Shown in pieces: positions 1-10,342 of a stretch of DNA of 32,500 bases. How positions within the stretch are numbered: position 1 is the first letter of the stretch; every line of letters starts with the position of its first letter. Source of the DNA: an uncultured euryarchaeote (lineage in GTDB: Archaea > Thermoplasmatota > Poseidoniia > Poseidoniales > Thalassarchaeaceae); NCBI GenBank assembly GCA_937876055.1, contig CALEIW010000150.1, positions 1 through 32,500 of the forward strand, read 5' to 3'. A model generated the notes under the pieces. That model was given only the letters and a program-made list of their open reading frames with translations. It did no database searches and was not told where the DNA came from. The position numbers were made by a program, and so were the translations under genes.

Positions 1-2
1 AA

Positions 3-1130
3 TTCTACAGAAGATTCAGGAAAGAAACTGGAATACTGATGGATGGTAAGGCTCCTGTAGGGGGTAAATACAGTTTTGATTCAGAGAATCGTATGTCGTG
101 GAAAGGTCAACCCATTGCACCAGAAGAACCTACATTTGAGGTTACAGACTTAGATAGAGAGGTTGAGGAATTAGTGAATACAGCGTTCAACGACAATCCC
201 GGAAAAATAGATTTGAGTAAAATTCCAACAAATCATTCACAAGCCCTAGAGGCGCTTGATTTTGCAATGCTACATTTGCCTAATTTTGGCCCGTATGAAG
301 ATGCAATGTCAACACAAAGTAAGGGTCTTTTCCATAGCAGATTGGCTTCATTGGTAAATATACACAGGATTATGCCCGCAAATTTGCTTGAATCAGTCTT
401 GAGAACACCAGCTCCAATGAACAGTACTGAAGGATTCGTACGACAACTAATTTGGAGAGAATATGTGAAACATGTTCATGACATTACTGATGGATTCGAG
501 AATATCTCAGTCAATCGGACATTAACTCAGGTTAGAGATGCAATGTGGTACGGCGGAGGGTCTTCCGACCCCCATCCTGGGAAAAATAGACATCCTAATC
601 ACTTAACTCAAGAAAATAATCTACCAATGGCTTACTGGAATGCAGATTCCGGGTTTAATTGTCTGGATACAGTTGTAGAATCTGTAATTGAAGATGGTTG
701 GACTCATCACATCCCTCGCTTGATGGTTTTGGGAAACATTGCCTCACTACTAGACGTTAATCCGCGACAATTGACTGATTGGTTCCATGCCGCATTCATT
801 GATGCCTATGACTGGGTAGTTGAGCCTAATGTCTTGGGGATGGGTACTTTCGCTCTAGGAGAATCGATGATGACAAAACCGTACATCTCTGGCGCCGCAT
901 ACATCAATAGAATGAGCGATTATTGCAAAGAATGTCAATATGATCCAAAGAAAAACTGTCCAATCACAAATCTATACTGGGACTTTATTTCAAGACACTC
1001 AGAATCTTTCATTGGCAATCATAGGATGTCAATTCCAATGCGAAATTCATTACGTCGAGATGAGGATAAAAAGAATATTGATAGACAAACGTTTGAAGCA
1101 TGGACTCGCCGGTTGTGTAAATCAACCTGA
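3..1130 (+). CDS. FeS-cluster cryptochrome/photolyase (FeS-BCP, PhrB/CryB-like), 5' end outside window
   Basis: Frame is open from base 3 (FYRRFRKETGILMDGKAPVGGKYSFDSENR). Family motifs seen: FGPYEDAM, LFHSRL, EGFVRQLIWREY, HHIPRLM, FIDAYDWV, KPYISGAAYINRMSDYC. Cys pattern C...DYCKEC...CP fits 4Fe-4S ligation. Confidence 0.9.
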   Translation, partial: FYRRFRKETGILMDGKAPVGGKYSFDSENRMSWKGQPIAPEEPTFEVTDLDREVEELVNTAFNDNPGKIDLSKIPTNHSQALEALDFAMLHLPNFGPYEDAMSTQSKGLFHSRLASLVNIHRIMPANLLESVLRTPAPMNSTEGFVRQLIWREYVKHVHDITDGFENISVNRTLTQVRDAMWYGGGSSDPHPGKNRHPNHLTQENNLPMAYWNADSGFNCLDTVVESVIEDGWTHHIPRLMVLGNIASLLDVNPRQLTDWFHAAFIDAYDWVVEPNVLGMGTFALGESMMTKPYISGAAYINRMSDYCKECQYDPKKNCPITNLYWDFISRHSESFIGNHRMSIPMRNSLRRDEDKKNIDRQTFEAWTRRLCKST

Positions 1131-1139
1131 GGATATTTC

Positions 1140-2177
1140 CTAGACTGAAGGCGTCCAACCAAAGGTGTCTGCAGCGCGGCCTTCTTGAATTGAAGTTAGA
1201 GCATCGTAGAGTTGCTTTGTGACAGCACCAACTTCTCCGTCACAATATGTTGCGATACTACCACCGTGTTCAATTGAACCAATAGGGGAGATAACAGCAG
1301 CGGTCCCTGCACAAAATGCTTCATCGGAATCCATTGCAAAATCGATATCCACTTTGGTCTCGAGAACTTGGTAGCCGAGACTTCGAGCCAATTCAATTAC
1401 CGATAGGCGAGTAATTCCGGGAAGGATAGTTCCGGTTAACTCTGGAGTGTAGAGGACTTTGTCTTTGATACAAAAGAAATTGGCCGCTCCAACTTCTTCG
1501 ACATAGCGATGGTTGACTGCGTCAAGATAGATAATCTCAGCATATCCATCGGCTTTTGCGTTCTTTGAAGGCATCATTCCGGGTGCATAGTTTCCGATTG
1601 CCTTTACTCCTCCAGAGCCACCTGGTGCGGCTCTATGATATTCGTCTGATACCTTGAGCGAAATCGGATTCAATCCTCCTTTGAAGTATGGTCCAACCGG
1701 AACCACGTAGACCAAGAATGTGTATTCTGGTGCTGGTGCTACTCCGAGGATTGGGCCACTTCCAAACACGAGTGGCCTGATGTATAATTCTCCTCGGCCA
1801 TTAGGTGGTAGCCATCTGAGATTCTCTTGGACAACGAGGTGAACAGCATCGAGGAACATTTCTTCCGGCACGACAGGCATTCCTAGTCGCTTACAACCAT
1901 CTTGAGCGCGCCTAGCATTCAATTCTGGACGGAATAATAGAACTCTACCATCTTCGGCTCTTCTAGCCTTCATTCCTTCGAATAATCCCTGTCCGTAGTT
2001 AATTACTCCAGCAGCGGGTGATAGCGAGAGATCTTGGAAATCTTGCATAACCCCAGGTTCCCATTCCTCTCCTTGTTTGCAGGTTGCAATATACATCCTG
2101 TCAGTTTCGGTGAAGCTGAAAGTAAGGCTGTCCCAATCAATAGAAGGCTCGTCGTCAGACTCGGTCTCCTCCATCAT
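1140..2177 (-). CDS. ilvE: Branched-chain amino acid aminotransferase (PLP fold IV, group II type)
   Basis: Motifs YGQGLFEGMKA, LFRP, LYIRP, K-AIGNY (PLP lysine), EEVGAAN, ILPGITR, GTAAVISP. Start moved to ATG 2177, which follows a GGTGAG SD-like sequence. Confidence 0.93.
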   Translation of the reverse strand: MMEETESDDEPSIDWDSLTFSFTETDRMYIATCKQGEEWEPGVMQDFQDLSLSPAAGVINYGQGLFEGMKARRAEDGRVLLFRPELNARRAQDGCKRLGMPVVPEEMFLDAVHLVVQENLRWLPPNGRGELYIRPLVFGSGPILGVAPAPEYTFLVYVVPVGPYFKGGLNPISLKVSDEYHRAAPGGSGGVKAIGNYAPGMMPSKNAKADGYAEIIYLDAVNHRYVEEVGAANFFCIKDKVLYTPELTGTILPGITRLSVIELARSLGYQVLETKVDIDFAMDSDEAFCAGTAAVISPIGSIEHGGSIATYCDGEVGAVTKQLYDALTSIQEGRAADTFGWTPSV

Positions 2178-2310
2178 TGGCTCACCATCCGATGTAGAGG
2201 GGGACGACTCGGCTTTCAACAATTTCTAACAAATCACCTCAAACTGTCGTTCCAAGCCACCACACAAGGGTTGATTGCTTACTCTATTTCCCTCTGAGCA
2301 AGGTGTCACA

Positions 2311-4926
2311 ATGCGATGGGATGGAGAGGTTTGTATCGTCTCTGGTTCTTATCAAGCGGTGGCTTCTACACCGCCGCGCACAGTTGTCGAGTTATGGTGT
2401 CGTGCTCGAGAAGGCCATTCCGTGGTACTGCTAGTAGATGGCCTAAGTCCATTCCTAGAGATTGCTCCCTCCGGTAAAGCAGGCCGAGATAGGGATTTGA
2501 AAGACCATCTCGAAATCGTTCAGGAGATGGATGAGGTTGTATCAATCGCAGAGCCGATTGACAAGTGGACTCCATTTGGAGTAAAGCCGCATTATAGAGT
2601 CGAAGTTGAACAGCCATATGTAGTTCCGAGGCTAAGGAAACGACTCGAGGCAGAATGGGAAGTTTCCAGCGCAGACATTCTCTTTGTTCAGCGCTTATTG
2701 TTGGACTTAGACCTAGGGCCCCATATCGCAAGCGGTGGAGAGGTTCTGTGGGCAGGACCTCGCGCACCTTCTAAATTAGCCAGTGAATTTGATGGCAAGA
2801 GGGTCGAGGCCGCAGAGAAGATTCGCGACTTCGGCGGTTCTGGCCTATATCCGTGTGATATGGTGGTAGCCTGCAATATCGCAGATCTATCTCGCACAGA
2901 CCCATTCCCGACTCCCTTTGTCACTCTTTCATTAGACCTAGAGACAAGCGTTCAACACAATACAATACTTTGTGCAGCGGTTATAATTGCAAGAGGTGAA
3001 TCTCGAACCGAGCACGAGTTCCGCGGTTCAGAAAAAGAGATTTTGGAAGGTATGACCAGACTTGTTCGAGATGAAGATCCAGATTTCATCACTGGATATA
3101 ATATTGATAATTTCGATCTACCTAGGATTATTGAACGCGCTGAGGAAAATGCAGGTAAGTCAAAATTTGAACAGGCTGCATTATGCGGTTGGGGAAGAGT
3201 TCCAGCGATTGAGAGTGAATCAAAGCGGCTTAGCCCAGACCGAGCTAGAAATCGAGTTTGGCGATTAACTGGTCGAATACCAATGGATGCTTGGTGGCAG
3301 GTTCGCCAAACCCTCCGTCCTGAGAGAGAATCTCTTCGCTTTGTTGCAAACATGTTGTGGCCAGAGTCTGAAGATAAACAAAAACTCGACATCGATGCAA
3401 GCAAAATGGATGAGGAATGGGCTGCTAGACCAGACGAAGTCATGGAATATTGTGTCAGAGATACCCATCTTCCTCTCGATATACTCGGTCACTTACAATC
3501 GGTAGCGCGTAAAGAAGCCCTAGCGGCGGTTGCAAACACTACGGTTGAGACCGCCGCAGCCGGAACCACCAGTCAATGGATTGACTCACTGGTCATTCGC
3601 TTAGCAGATAAAGAAAAAATCGCTGTTCCAATGACTCAATCCGGTCCACGCCGCCGCGACCAAATCGCGGGAGGCTATGTCCACGAAGTCGAACCAGGAC
3701 TCAAACCATGGGTGGCTGTACTCGATTTCAAATCGATGTATCCATCAATCATGATTTCCCAGAATATTTGCTCAACAACTCTGGTCAGAGATGAGAGCAA
3801 GGAAGAATCTCACAATGTATCTCCCGAAGGCACAGCACGATACGTTTCTTCAGATGAGCGTCGAGGCTTAGTGCCTCGTTTGTTGAGTGAATTAATGGAG
3901 CAACGGGATTATCACAAATCCGAGTTGAAAAAGGCTAGAGAATCTGGTCAAGAAGAAGCCGCTTTCCTTCACGACCAATTACAATATGCGGTTAAGATTC
4001 TGATGAATTCTTTCTATGGAGTATTCGCCTCCTCATTCTACCGTTTCACCCATCCAGATTTGGGCGCGAGTATTACTGAATGGGCTCGACACAATATTCG
4101 CACGATTATCAATAATGTCGAGACCGACGGACATGATGTTGTATATTCGGACACGGACTCAATTTTTGTCAAAGCACCCGTTCAGCCAGATTCACCGATT
4201 AATCGACCGCCGGAGAACTCCTTGGTCTTTGAAGACTGGAAAAATGCTAGGAAAGAGACTTTGGATTTTGGCAATTCACTGGCTGATAGATTTACCAAAG
4301 AAGGCGCTGAATTAGAATTTGAGACCGCCCTCTCGGCCTTCTTTTCACATGGTGCAAAAAAGCGCTATGTCGGCCGAGTAGTTTGGCCCCGTGAAGAGAT
4401 GTTGATTCGAGGCTATGAGGTCCGTCGCACGGATTCATTCCGCCTCCTTACTAGCACCATGACCGAGATGTTTGAATTGATTCTATCTAACGAAGAATGG
4501 TCTGCTGTAGAGATGTCAAAATCGGTAATTGATGATATCAGGGCAAAACGGGTAGAAGTGGCCGACCTTGTGATTTCTAGATCATGCAAAGGAAGTCTAA
4601 GGAGGGATGGAACTGTGGATTTCCATAAGACCTACAAGAATCCAGATTCCCTACCTTACGTGCGCGCGGCTAGACAAAGAATAGAGGCGGGACTTGGGTT
4701 CACACCTGGCATGAAAGTAGGTTGGATAGTAACCAACGGGAAAACATCGCCTATGACAGTTCAAGCTTGGATGGTAGATGAATTAGGCGTAGAATCTCCC
4801 GAGTACGATCCAGAGTTCTACGCTAAGCGATTGGCAACTGCACTAGGTAGAATTACCGAAGCCTTTGGATGGAACGAGAAAGAATTACTGCAAGGCACTA
4901 GACAACAAACTCTCTTTGATTTCTAG
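2311..4926 (+). CDS. polB: Family B DNA polymerase
   Basis: Exo I DLETS, Exo II GYNIDNFD, Exo III YCVRD. Pol motifs LDFKSMYPS, KILMNSFYG, YSDTDS, KKRY. C-terminal PIP box QQTLFDF. ATG 2311 is preceded by AAGGTG. Confidence 0.96.
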   Translation: MRWDGEVCIVSGSYQAVASTPPRTVVELWCRAREGHSVVLLVDGLSPFLEIAPSGKAGRDRDLKDHLEIVQEMDEVVSIAEPIDKWTPFGVKPHYRVEVEQPYVVPRLRKRLEAEWEVSSADILFVQRLLLDLDLGPHIASGGEVLWAGPRAPSKLASEFDGKRVEAAEKIRDFGGSGLYPCDMVVACNIADLSRTDPFPTPFVTLSLDLETSVQHNTILCAAVIIARGESRTEHEFRGSEKEILEGMTRLVRDEDPDFITGYNIDNFDLPRIIERAEENAGKSKFEQAALCGWGRVPAIESESKRLSPDRARNRVWRLTGRIPMDAWWQVRQTLRPERESLRFVANMLWPESEDKQKLDIDASKMDEEWAARPDEVMEYCVRDTHLPLDILGHLQSVARKEALAAVANTTVETAAAGTTSQWIDSLVIRLADKEKIAVPMTQSGPRRRDQIAGGYVHEVEPGLKPWVAVLDFKSMYPSIMISQNICSTTLVRDESKEESHNVSPEGTARYVSSDERRGLVPRLLSELMEQRDYHKSELKKARESGQEEAAFLHDQLQYAVKILMNSFYGVFASSFYRFTHPDLGASITEWARHNIRTIINNVETDGHDVVYSDTDSIFVKAPVQPDSPINRPPENSLVFEDWKNARKETLDFGNSLADRFTKEGAELEFETALSAFFSHGAKKRYVGRVVWPREEMLIRGYEVRRTDSFRLLTSTMTEMFELILSNEEWSAVEMSKSVIDDIRAKRVEVADLVISRSCKGSLRRDGTVDFHKTYKNPDSLPYVRAARQRIEAGLGFTPGMKVGWIVTNGKTSPMTVQAWMVDELGVESPEYDPEFYAKRLATALGRITEAFGWNEKELLQGTRQQTLFDF

Positions 4927-4971
4927 GGATTACGGGAATCCGTAGGGTTGATGACGACCACCATCACACCC

Positions 4972-6156
4972 ATGGCTATGAGAGGAGCGGGTGGATTGGC
5001 CCCGATGGTCGTATTACTATTGCTCAGCGCGGCATTTGCAGGATGTTTGGAGACCTTCAGTTTGAATGGAGCTCCAAGTGCAAAAATGAGTATTGATCCT
5101 GACGGGTCAGTGCGAGCTGGTGATTCGGTTACCTTCAGCGCAGTAGGCTCTTCTGACCCAGACGCAGATGCTCTAACCTTCACATGGGATTTCGGCGATG
5201 GAGACCTCGGCGACGGCCTAACAACCAGCCACTCCTATTCACAAGCGGGAGAATATATGGTAACTCTAACCGTAAGCGATGGAAATTACGAGACATCTGT
5301 AAGTGACACAATTTCTGTAATCGACTCCTCAGCTAGGGAACCAAAAGCAGAGATAACTACTGCAAAGGACGATGATTGTGATGGTGAGGATGCACCAGCA
5401 GGCTCCTTTGTACTAGTATGGGTGTGTGAGGATAAGGAAGAAGATGACAGAAGCATTACTGTAGAAACCTCAGTTACACTAGATGGTTCTGATTCTTGGG
5501 CAGGATGTAATCCAGATAATTCGGATTGTTACGCAGAAGAATATCTAGTGTCTTGGGAATGGGATTTGGACTTAGATACCGACTCCGATGAAGATGGCGA
5601 TCCAGAGAACGATGTCGATGCGACTGGAGAAACCATTACTCTCGAAGATATGCCGGCCGGTTCATGGGACATCAAGTTGAAAGTTACAGACAACAATGGC
5701 CTAACGGACTCTGACGAATCAACTCTCTACATTAACTACAGAGGGACTTGGACTGACTTTGTCATCGACCGAAGATATCAGGATCCGGTAATCATGACTT
5801 GGGATTACCCGGTGACCTACGATAATGATGGACAGAATAAGATTAGATACCTTAGGACCAAACTAACTTACCCCGCAGAGGATGGTGACCAACCATTTGG
5901 CGGGGTTGATACTGAGAATAAACTCGACCTATTCATCTTCAATGAGACCGATGAAGAGGTCGCAAACACTACCGGCGTTGGTGATGATAACCGAAACGCC
6001 GGTGATTGTCAATCGGATGACCGCTGTGTTTGGCTGGTAATTGGTGGCTCAACAGTAAGAGGATTTGATCCTGGCACTTGGACCGTCGACCTGCAGAATG
6101 AGAAAACGCACAACACAGAGGTCAAGAGTTTGATGATTGAATTGCAATATCGATGA
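4972..6156 (+). CDS. PKD-domain lipoprotein (cell surface)
   Basis: Hydrophobic stretch ending in lipobox FAGC. PKD signature SSDPD...TWDFGDG...HSY...GEY.VTLTVSDG and a second PKD-like unit (WEWDLD...LKVTDNNG). Start uncertain (4951, 4972 or 4978). Confidence 0.85.
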   Translation: MAMRGAGGLAPMVVLLLLSAAFAGCLETFSLNGAPSAKMSIDPDGSVRAGDSVTFSAVGSSDPDADALTFTWDFGDGDLGDGLTTSHSYSQAGEYMVTLTVSDGNYETSVSDTISVIDSSAREPKAEITTAKDDDCDGEDAPAGSFVLVWVCEDKEEDDRSITVETSVTLDGSDSWAGCNPDNSDCYAEEYLVSWEWDLDLDTDSDEDGDPENDVDATGETITLEDMPAGSWDIKLKVTDNNGLTDSDESTLYINYRGTWTDFVIDRRYQDPVIMTWDYPVTYDNDGQNKIRYLRTKLTYPAEDGDQPFGGVDTENKLDLFIFNETDEEVANTTGVGDDNRNAGDCQSDDRCVWLVIGGSTVRGFDPGTWTVDLQNEKTHNTEVKSLMIELQYR

Positions 6157-6265
6157 ACTGCGACGAAGAATTAACCCTCAAATTCAGTTGAATTGACGCC
6201 TCCCCTATGGGGAGAGATTCAAATAGGCATCATTGGTCGGCGGGCCACACTTAGAGGTGGATATT

Positions 6266-7549
6266 ATGGGTTCACAGTGGGAAGATAAGAGCAAGCCGCA
6301 CCTAAACATCGTGTTCATTGGGCACGTCGATCATGGAAAGTCAACAACCGTAGGACGTTTACTGCTAGACACAGGTCACATCGAAGAACACATTATTGAG
6401 AAGAACGAACAGTTAGCATCCGAGGCAGGAAAGGCTGGATTCGGTCTTGCTTACGTTATGGATGGTCTGAAGGAAGAGCGCGAGCGTGGTATCACTATCG
6501 ATGTCGCGCACAAGGAGCTTTTCACTCCAAACTATTACTTCACAATCATCGATGCTCCAGGGCACCGTGACTTCGTGAAGAACATGATTACAGGAACCAG
6601 CCAGGCTGATGCCGCTGTTCTACTATGTGCGGCTAACGACGGTGTTAACGCGCAGACTCGTGAGCACGCTTTCCTAGCAAAGGTTCTGGGAGTCAAGCAA
6701 CTGATTGTTAACGTCAACAAGATGGACATCAGTGGTGTAGACTACTCCGAGGACAAGTACAATCAGACAGTCGCAGAGGTAGATAACCTACTCAAGCTAT
6801 CAGGATTTAACCCGGATGATGTACCAAAGATTCCTTGTTCCTCTTTCAATGGAGAGAATCTATTCAACAAGTCCGACAACATGCCTTGGTACAAGGGTCC
6901 TACCCTATTCGAAGCAATTGACGGAATTCAGATGCCTCCAAAGCCTGTTGACAGGCCACTCAGGCTACCTGTACAAGACGTCTACAAGATTAGCGGAATT
7001 GGAACTGTACCAGTCGGTAAGGTAGAGACTGGTGTTCTAGAAAGAGGCAAGACAGTTGTATTCAACCCAAGCCAGAAGTCTGCTGAAGTAAAGGACATTG
7101 AGATGCACCACACCAGCCACGCAAAGGCTGAGCCTGGTGATAACGTTGGATTCAACGTTCGTGGACTAGCAGCTAACGACATCCGAAGAGGAGACGTAGC
7201 AGGTTACTCGGACAACGAGCCAATGTTCGTACGTCACGATGAGACATTTGTTGGCCAGATCCAACTTATGGAGATTCCAAAGGCAATTGGCGCAGGATAC
7301 ACTCCTGTATTCCACGCACACACAGCTCAGGTAGCAGTTAGATTCGTAGAACTTCTAGAGAATTCCAAGACTAAGGAAGCAAACCCACCGTTCCTAAAGA
7401 CCGGTGACGCTGCTCTAGTTCGCTTCGCTCCAACAAAGCCAATGGCAATTGAGCAAATGGATACATTCCCTGAGTTGTCAAGATTCGCTATCCGTGACAT
7501 GGGTAAGACCGTGGCTGCTGGCGTTTGCTTGAAGATTGACAAGAAGTGA
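6266..7549 (+). CDS. tuf: Translation elongation factor aEF-1alpha
   Basis: [78 protein letters not shown] lies before ATG 6266. Confidence 0.98.
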   Translation: MGSQWEDKSKPHLNIVFIGHVDHGKSTTVGRLLLDTGHIEEHIIEKNEQLASEAGKAGFGLAYVMDGLKEERERGITIDVAHKELFTPNYYFTIIDAPGHRDFVKNMITGTSQADAAVLLCAANDGVNAQTREHAFLAKVLGVKQLIVNVNKMDISGVDYSEDKYNQTVAEVDNLLKLSGFNPDDVPKIPCSSFNGENLFNKSDNMPWYKGPTLFEAIDGIQMPPKPVDRPLRLPVQDVYKISGIGTVPVGKVETGVLERGKTVVFNPSQKSAEVKDIEMHHTSHAKAEPGDNVGFNVRGLAANDIRRGDVAGYSDNEPMFVRHDETFVGQIQLMEIPKAIGAGYTPVFHAHTAQVAVRFVELLENSKTKEANPPFLKTGDAALVRFAPTKPMAIEQMDTFPELSRFAIRDMGKTVAAGVCLKIDKK

Positions 7550-7586
7550 ATTTGGTAACATAGGCTGAGGACTCGGAGAGGGTACT

Positions 7587-7916
7587 ATGGCCGTTATCAC
7601 CAAAATCAAGCTGACTGGTGAAAACCACGAAGATGTCGACATGGTATGTGGGCAGATTAAGGCAATTTGTGACGAGACAGGCGTTGACCTACGCGGGCCA
7701 ATTCCCCTCCCAACTCGCAAATTGGTAGTTCCATGCCGCAAGAGCCCAGATGGCGAAGGCGCTGAAACATGGGATCATTGGGAAATGCGTATTCACAAGC
7801 GACTTCTGGAACTTGTGACATCTGCTGCTAAGGACGAAAAGGCACTACGCCGAGTCCTGCGCCTAGACTATCCTGACTCGGTTACAATCGAGTTGTCTCT
7901 AAGGCACCTAGGTTGA
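7587..7916 (+). CDS. rps10: 30S ribosomal protein uS10
   Basis: GPIPLPT...RKSPDGEGAETWDHWEMRIHKRL. Follows tuf, as is usual in archaea. Confidence 0.97.
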   Translation: MAVITKIKLTGENHEDVDMVCGQIKAICDETGVDLRGPIPLPTRKLVVPCRKSPDGEGAETWDHWEMRIHKRLLELVTSAAKDEKALRRVLRLDYPDSVTIELSLRHLG

Positions 7917-7921
7917 TTCCA

Positions 7922-9268
7922 TCACTGGAACGCTTCGTCTTTTGCTAGACTCCCCATTGGGTCCCAAGCTGGAAGCACGACTGGTTCAGTCATCATACCG
8001 GCCTTCATCTCATCAGAGAGATATTTGCTTGGACATGCAATCTCGAACATGTGTTCGTCATACCATGAATCGTTCATCGTGTAGAATCCCTTTCTGCCAG
8101 ATTGCTCAGCTCCCCATGAATTTTCAACACGCCACCTTCGTGGTTTCCCATCTACTACATCGACACCGGTAAACAGCATAGCGTGCGTCATCATAGTCTG
8201 GCTATACCTAAGTCGGTCGGCTTTATTCATGCCAAATTCAGCGCCGTATAAGGCTCCGAAATCGAATAACTTGGCGTCCCAAAGACCTCTCTTTCGGTGC
8301 ATTTGCTTCCCTACATCACACCCCATCCAAACAGGTAATCCATCCTCCAATAGGCTCTGAGTGATGCCTTTCATCTCCTCACTTGGAACATTCAGATAAA
8401 CCACTGGTGGTCCTCCAGCAACATTTTGCAAATAGTCAACAGTGTAGGTTTGGTAGTATTCGTTCCTTGGATCGTTTACGATGCAAACATAGTCTTCCCA
8501 ATCGATTTCAACGAAATCTTTCGCGAATTCTTGAGGAGTCATTGTTCCTCTACGATGCAACTTGCCGTCTTTGTCCTCCCATTGCCAATCGAACTTTTCT
8601 GGCGGAGTTCCCAGGTGGATGCAAAGAATTCTCCAGATGTCTGCAAGCCGCGAATCTTTGTGCGCACGAGCCTCTGCAGTACTACCACCGGAATCGAGGA
8701 TTTCACGAATCTCACAAGCTCCAGTTCTCAATATGTCCTTGAGATTTGCATTCATGTAGCGAGTACTGGATGAAGATCGAGATTCAGGATAAGCCGATTT
8801 TGGAACTAGTCCGTGCTTTCTAATCAGATTCATCGCCATATTCCATTGCCCACCATCTCCTATTGGGTCACCTAGTAGGAAACCGATTGTGCGATCATCG
8901 ACAGGGCGTTCGGCGGTCTCAATAATCGCTTCATAGAAGTGGTTGGCCCGCTCAAATTTGTCCCAGAAGTGAATGTGAGCCTGACTAAACTCGAAATTTT
9001 TCACATTCATCTTCTTCATTGTGCTTGGCCGAAATAAGTTCAGTGTGGCGAATAGCCAACAACGACCGCTTCTCTTTTGATGAGTCACCTTCCATTTGTC
9101 CAATTTAATTGAGAATGAAAAATCAATTTCTTGAACTAAATCTCTATCCAAAGCCACTTCCAACAATTCGTTGTTTGAGACCGCGTTTTGAGCTAATTTT
9201 GCTGAGGGGTCAGCATCGAATGTTTTGCGTAATTCTTTGACTCTATTTTTGCTAATCGTCTTACCCAT
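7922..9268 (-). CDS. pepC: Aminopeptidase C / bleomycin hydrolase (peptidase C1B)
   Basis: Catalytic motifs QKRSGRCW, THAMLFTGVD, ENSWG; also DGGQW and C-terminal LPAWDPMG. Start ATG 9268 (alternatively 9274). Confidence 0.95.
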   Translation of the reverse strand: MGKTISKNRVKELRKTFDADPSAKLAQNAVSNNELLEVALDRDLVQEIDFSFSIKLDKWKVTHQKRSGRCWLFATLNLFRPSTMKKMNVKNFEFSQAHIHFWDKFERANHFYEAIIETAERPVDDRTIGFLLGDPIGDGGQWNMAMNLIRKHGLVPKSAYPESRSSSSTRYMNANLKDILRTGACEIREILDSGGSTAEARAHKDSRLADIWRILCIHLGTPPEKFDWQWEDKDGKLHRRGTMTPQEFAKDFVEIDWEDYVCIVNDPRNEYYQTYTVDYLQNVAGGPPVVYLNVPSEEMKGITQSLLEDGLPVWMGCDVGKQMHRKRGLWDAKLFDFGALYGAEFGMNKADRLRYSQTMMTHAMLFTGVDVVDGKPRRWRVENSWGAEQSGRKGFYTMNDSWYDEHMFEIACPSKYLSDEMKAGMMTEPVVLPAWDPMGSLAKDEAFQ

Positions 9269-9326
9269 GGCCATGCACCGCAGGTATGACTTCGTTGAAA
9301 GGCGCTGGATAATCATTGGCGCGTGT

Positions 9327-10211
9327 TCAGAGTGGCGCAGCAACTGCCAATCCAGCGGCGATTAGAGTCTCTGCAATCAGGCTTGGACAAGACTCCACAT
9401 CGCCTTCGACCAATGTAATCTCCGAACCATCTTCGGCGATTATTGGGTCTGATAAATCTTGTAAAATTCTAATTCTCATCAAATCTCCACCAATGGTATC
9501 TGAAACACTAATTTCTTCGGGTGGATGAGGGTCAGCACCTGTCGCTCGATCAGGGAACCCATCCATTGCTCGAATCCGATCTTCCTCGTCAAATTCTGGA
9601 TCATCCCAAGTTTCGTTGGGTTCGGTCATAGGTGCTGGAGGTGGAGATTGTAGTTCTGGTTCTGGAGTAGGTTCAGTGAACTCGGTAAGAGAAGCATCTG
9701 GGCTAGGTGCCGGAGGCGAAGCGGAGTTAGTTCCTCCGTTACTTCCGTTGACTAATTCTTTCCAAGCGACATCGTGCTTGTATTTGTCAACCAAGTGACC
9801 CAGACTCTGATAGTAGGCCCTCTCGGTAGGGTCATGCCTCTCCCAATCGATTACGCTGAGGTGCTGCAAGGCGGCTGCGGCCTCTGCTCCTCCACCTTTC
9901 ATCAGATTGACTAAAACCGCGTGCTGGGTAAATGCGTTCAAGCGGATACGTGTTAGGTCGGTGACCAATGTTCTGACATTGCCGAGCCTACGAGTTTGCA
10001 ATTGCGCCTTTGCTGTCATTCCTTCGGATTGAACAGTCTCAGAGAGTTCGGCCTCCAAACTCGCGGTCAATTGGCCTACAGAAGCCCAGAAGTCCGGTAA
10101 TGGAAGTTCTACTGGGCCGGCAGATGACTTCTGCTTTCGAGCCACCTCAAAGAGGGCCTTTTCGACCGCCTGTAGTTGGTTTTTGCCTAACCTCATAGCC
10201 TCTGCCTCCAT
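9327..10211 (-). CDS. Probable GINS subunit (Gins51/Gins15 type: helical A domain, acidic Pro-rich linker, C-terminal B domain)
   Basis: C-terminus RIRILQDL...IAEDG...LVEGDVESCPSLIAETLIAAGLA resembles the GINS B-domain pattern (VRILxD...DG...GDV...P...AE.LI..G.A). The N-terminal half looks helical with an (L/I)RLxx motif. Confidence 0.7.
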   Translation of the reverse strand: MEAEAMRLGKNQLQAVEKALFEVARKQKSSAGPVELPLPDFWASVGQLTASLEAELSETVQSEGMTAKAQLQTRRLGNVRTLVTDLTRIRLNAFTQHAVLVNLMKGGGAEAAAALQHLSVIDWERHDPTERAYYQSLGHLVDKYKHDVAWKELVNGSNGGTNSASPPAPSPDASLTEFTEPTPEPELQSPPPAPMTEPNETWDDPEFDEEDRIRAMDGFPDRATGADPHPPEEISVSDTIGGDLMRIRILQDLSDPIIAEDGSEITLVEGDVESCPSLIAETLIAAGLAVAAPL

Positions 10212-10342
10212 ACTCCCGAAGCGGTTCGTATGGGAGCGTGCCGAGTCGCTAAATCAACCATTCCGTCAGACTCGCTGCTGAGGCCACATAGAGTGCGGTT
10301 CGAGCCGCTGGAATCAAGAGGGTATTGCGCCTCCGATATTGT

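Noticed and set aside
2311-4926. PolB as an intein-containing, inactivated (PolB2) or mobile-element polymerase
   Set aside because: Normal length, intact exonuclease and polymerase motifs, a PIP box, and no intein termini or TPR-type inserts seen.
4931-4944. TACGG-GAAT-CCGTA mini-hairpin after polB
   Set aside because: A 5-bp stem is expected by chance and there is no U-tract.
9269-9343. Apparent pepC/GINS overlap and other long N-terminal extensions in the ORF track (tuf, ndk, rpl24e, Hc1-like, dys)
   Set aside because: Artefacts of choosing the most upstream start; SD or promoter spacing and family N-termini support later starts.
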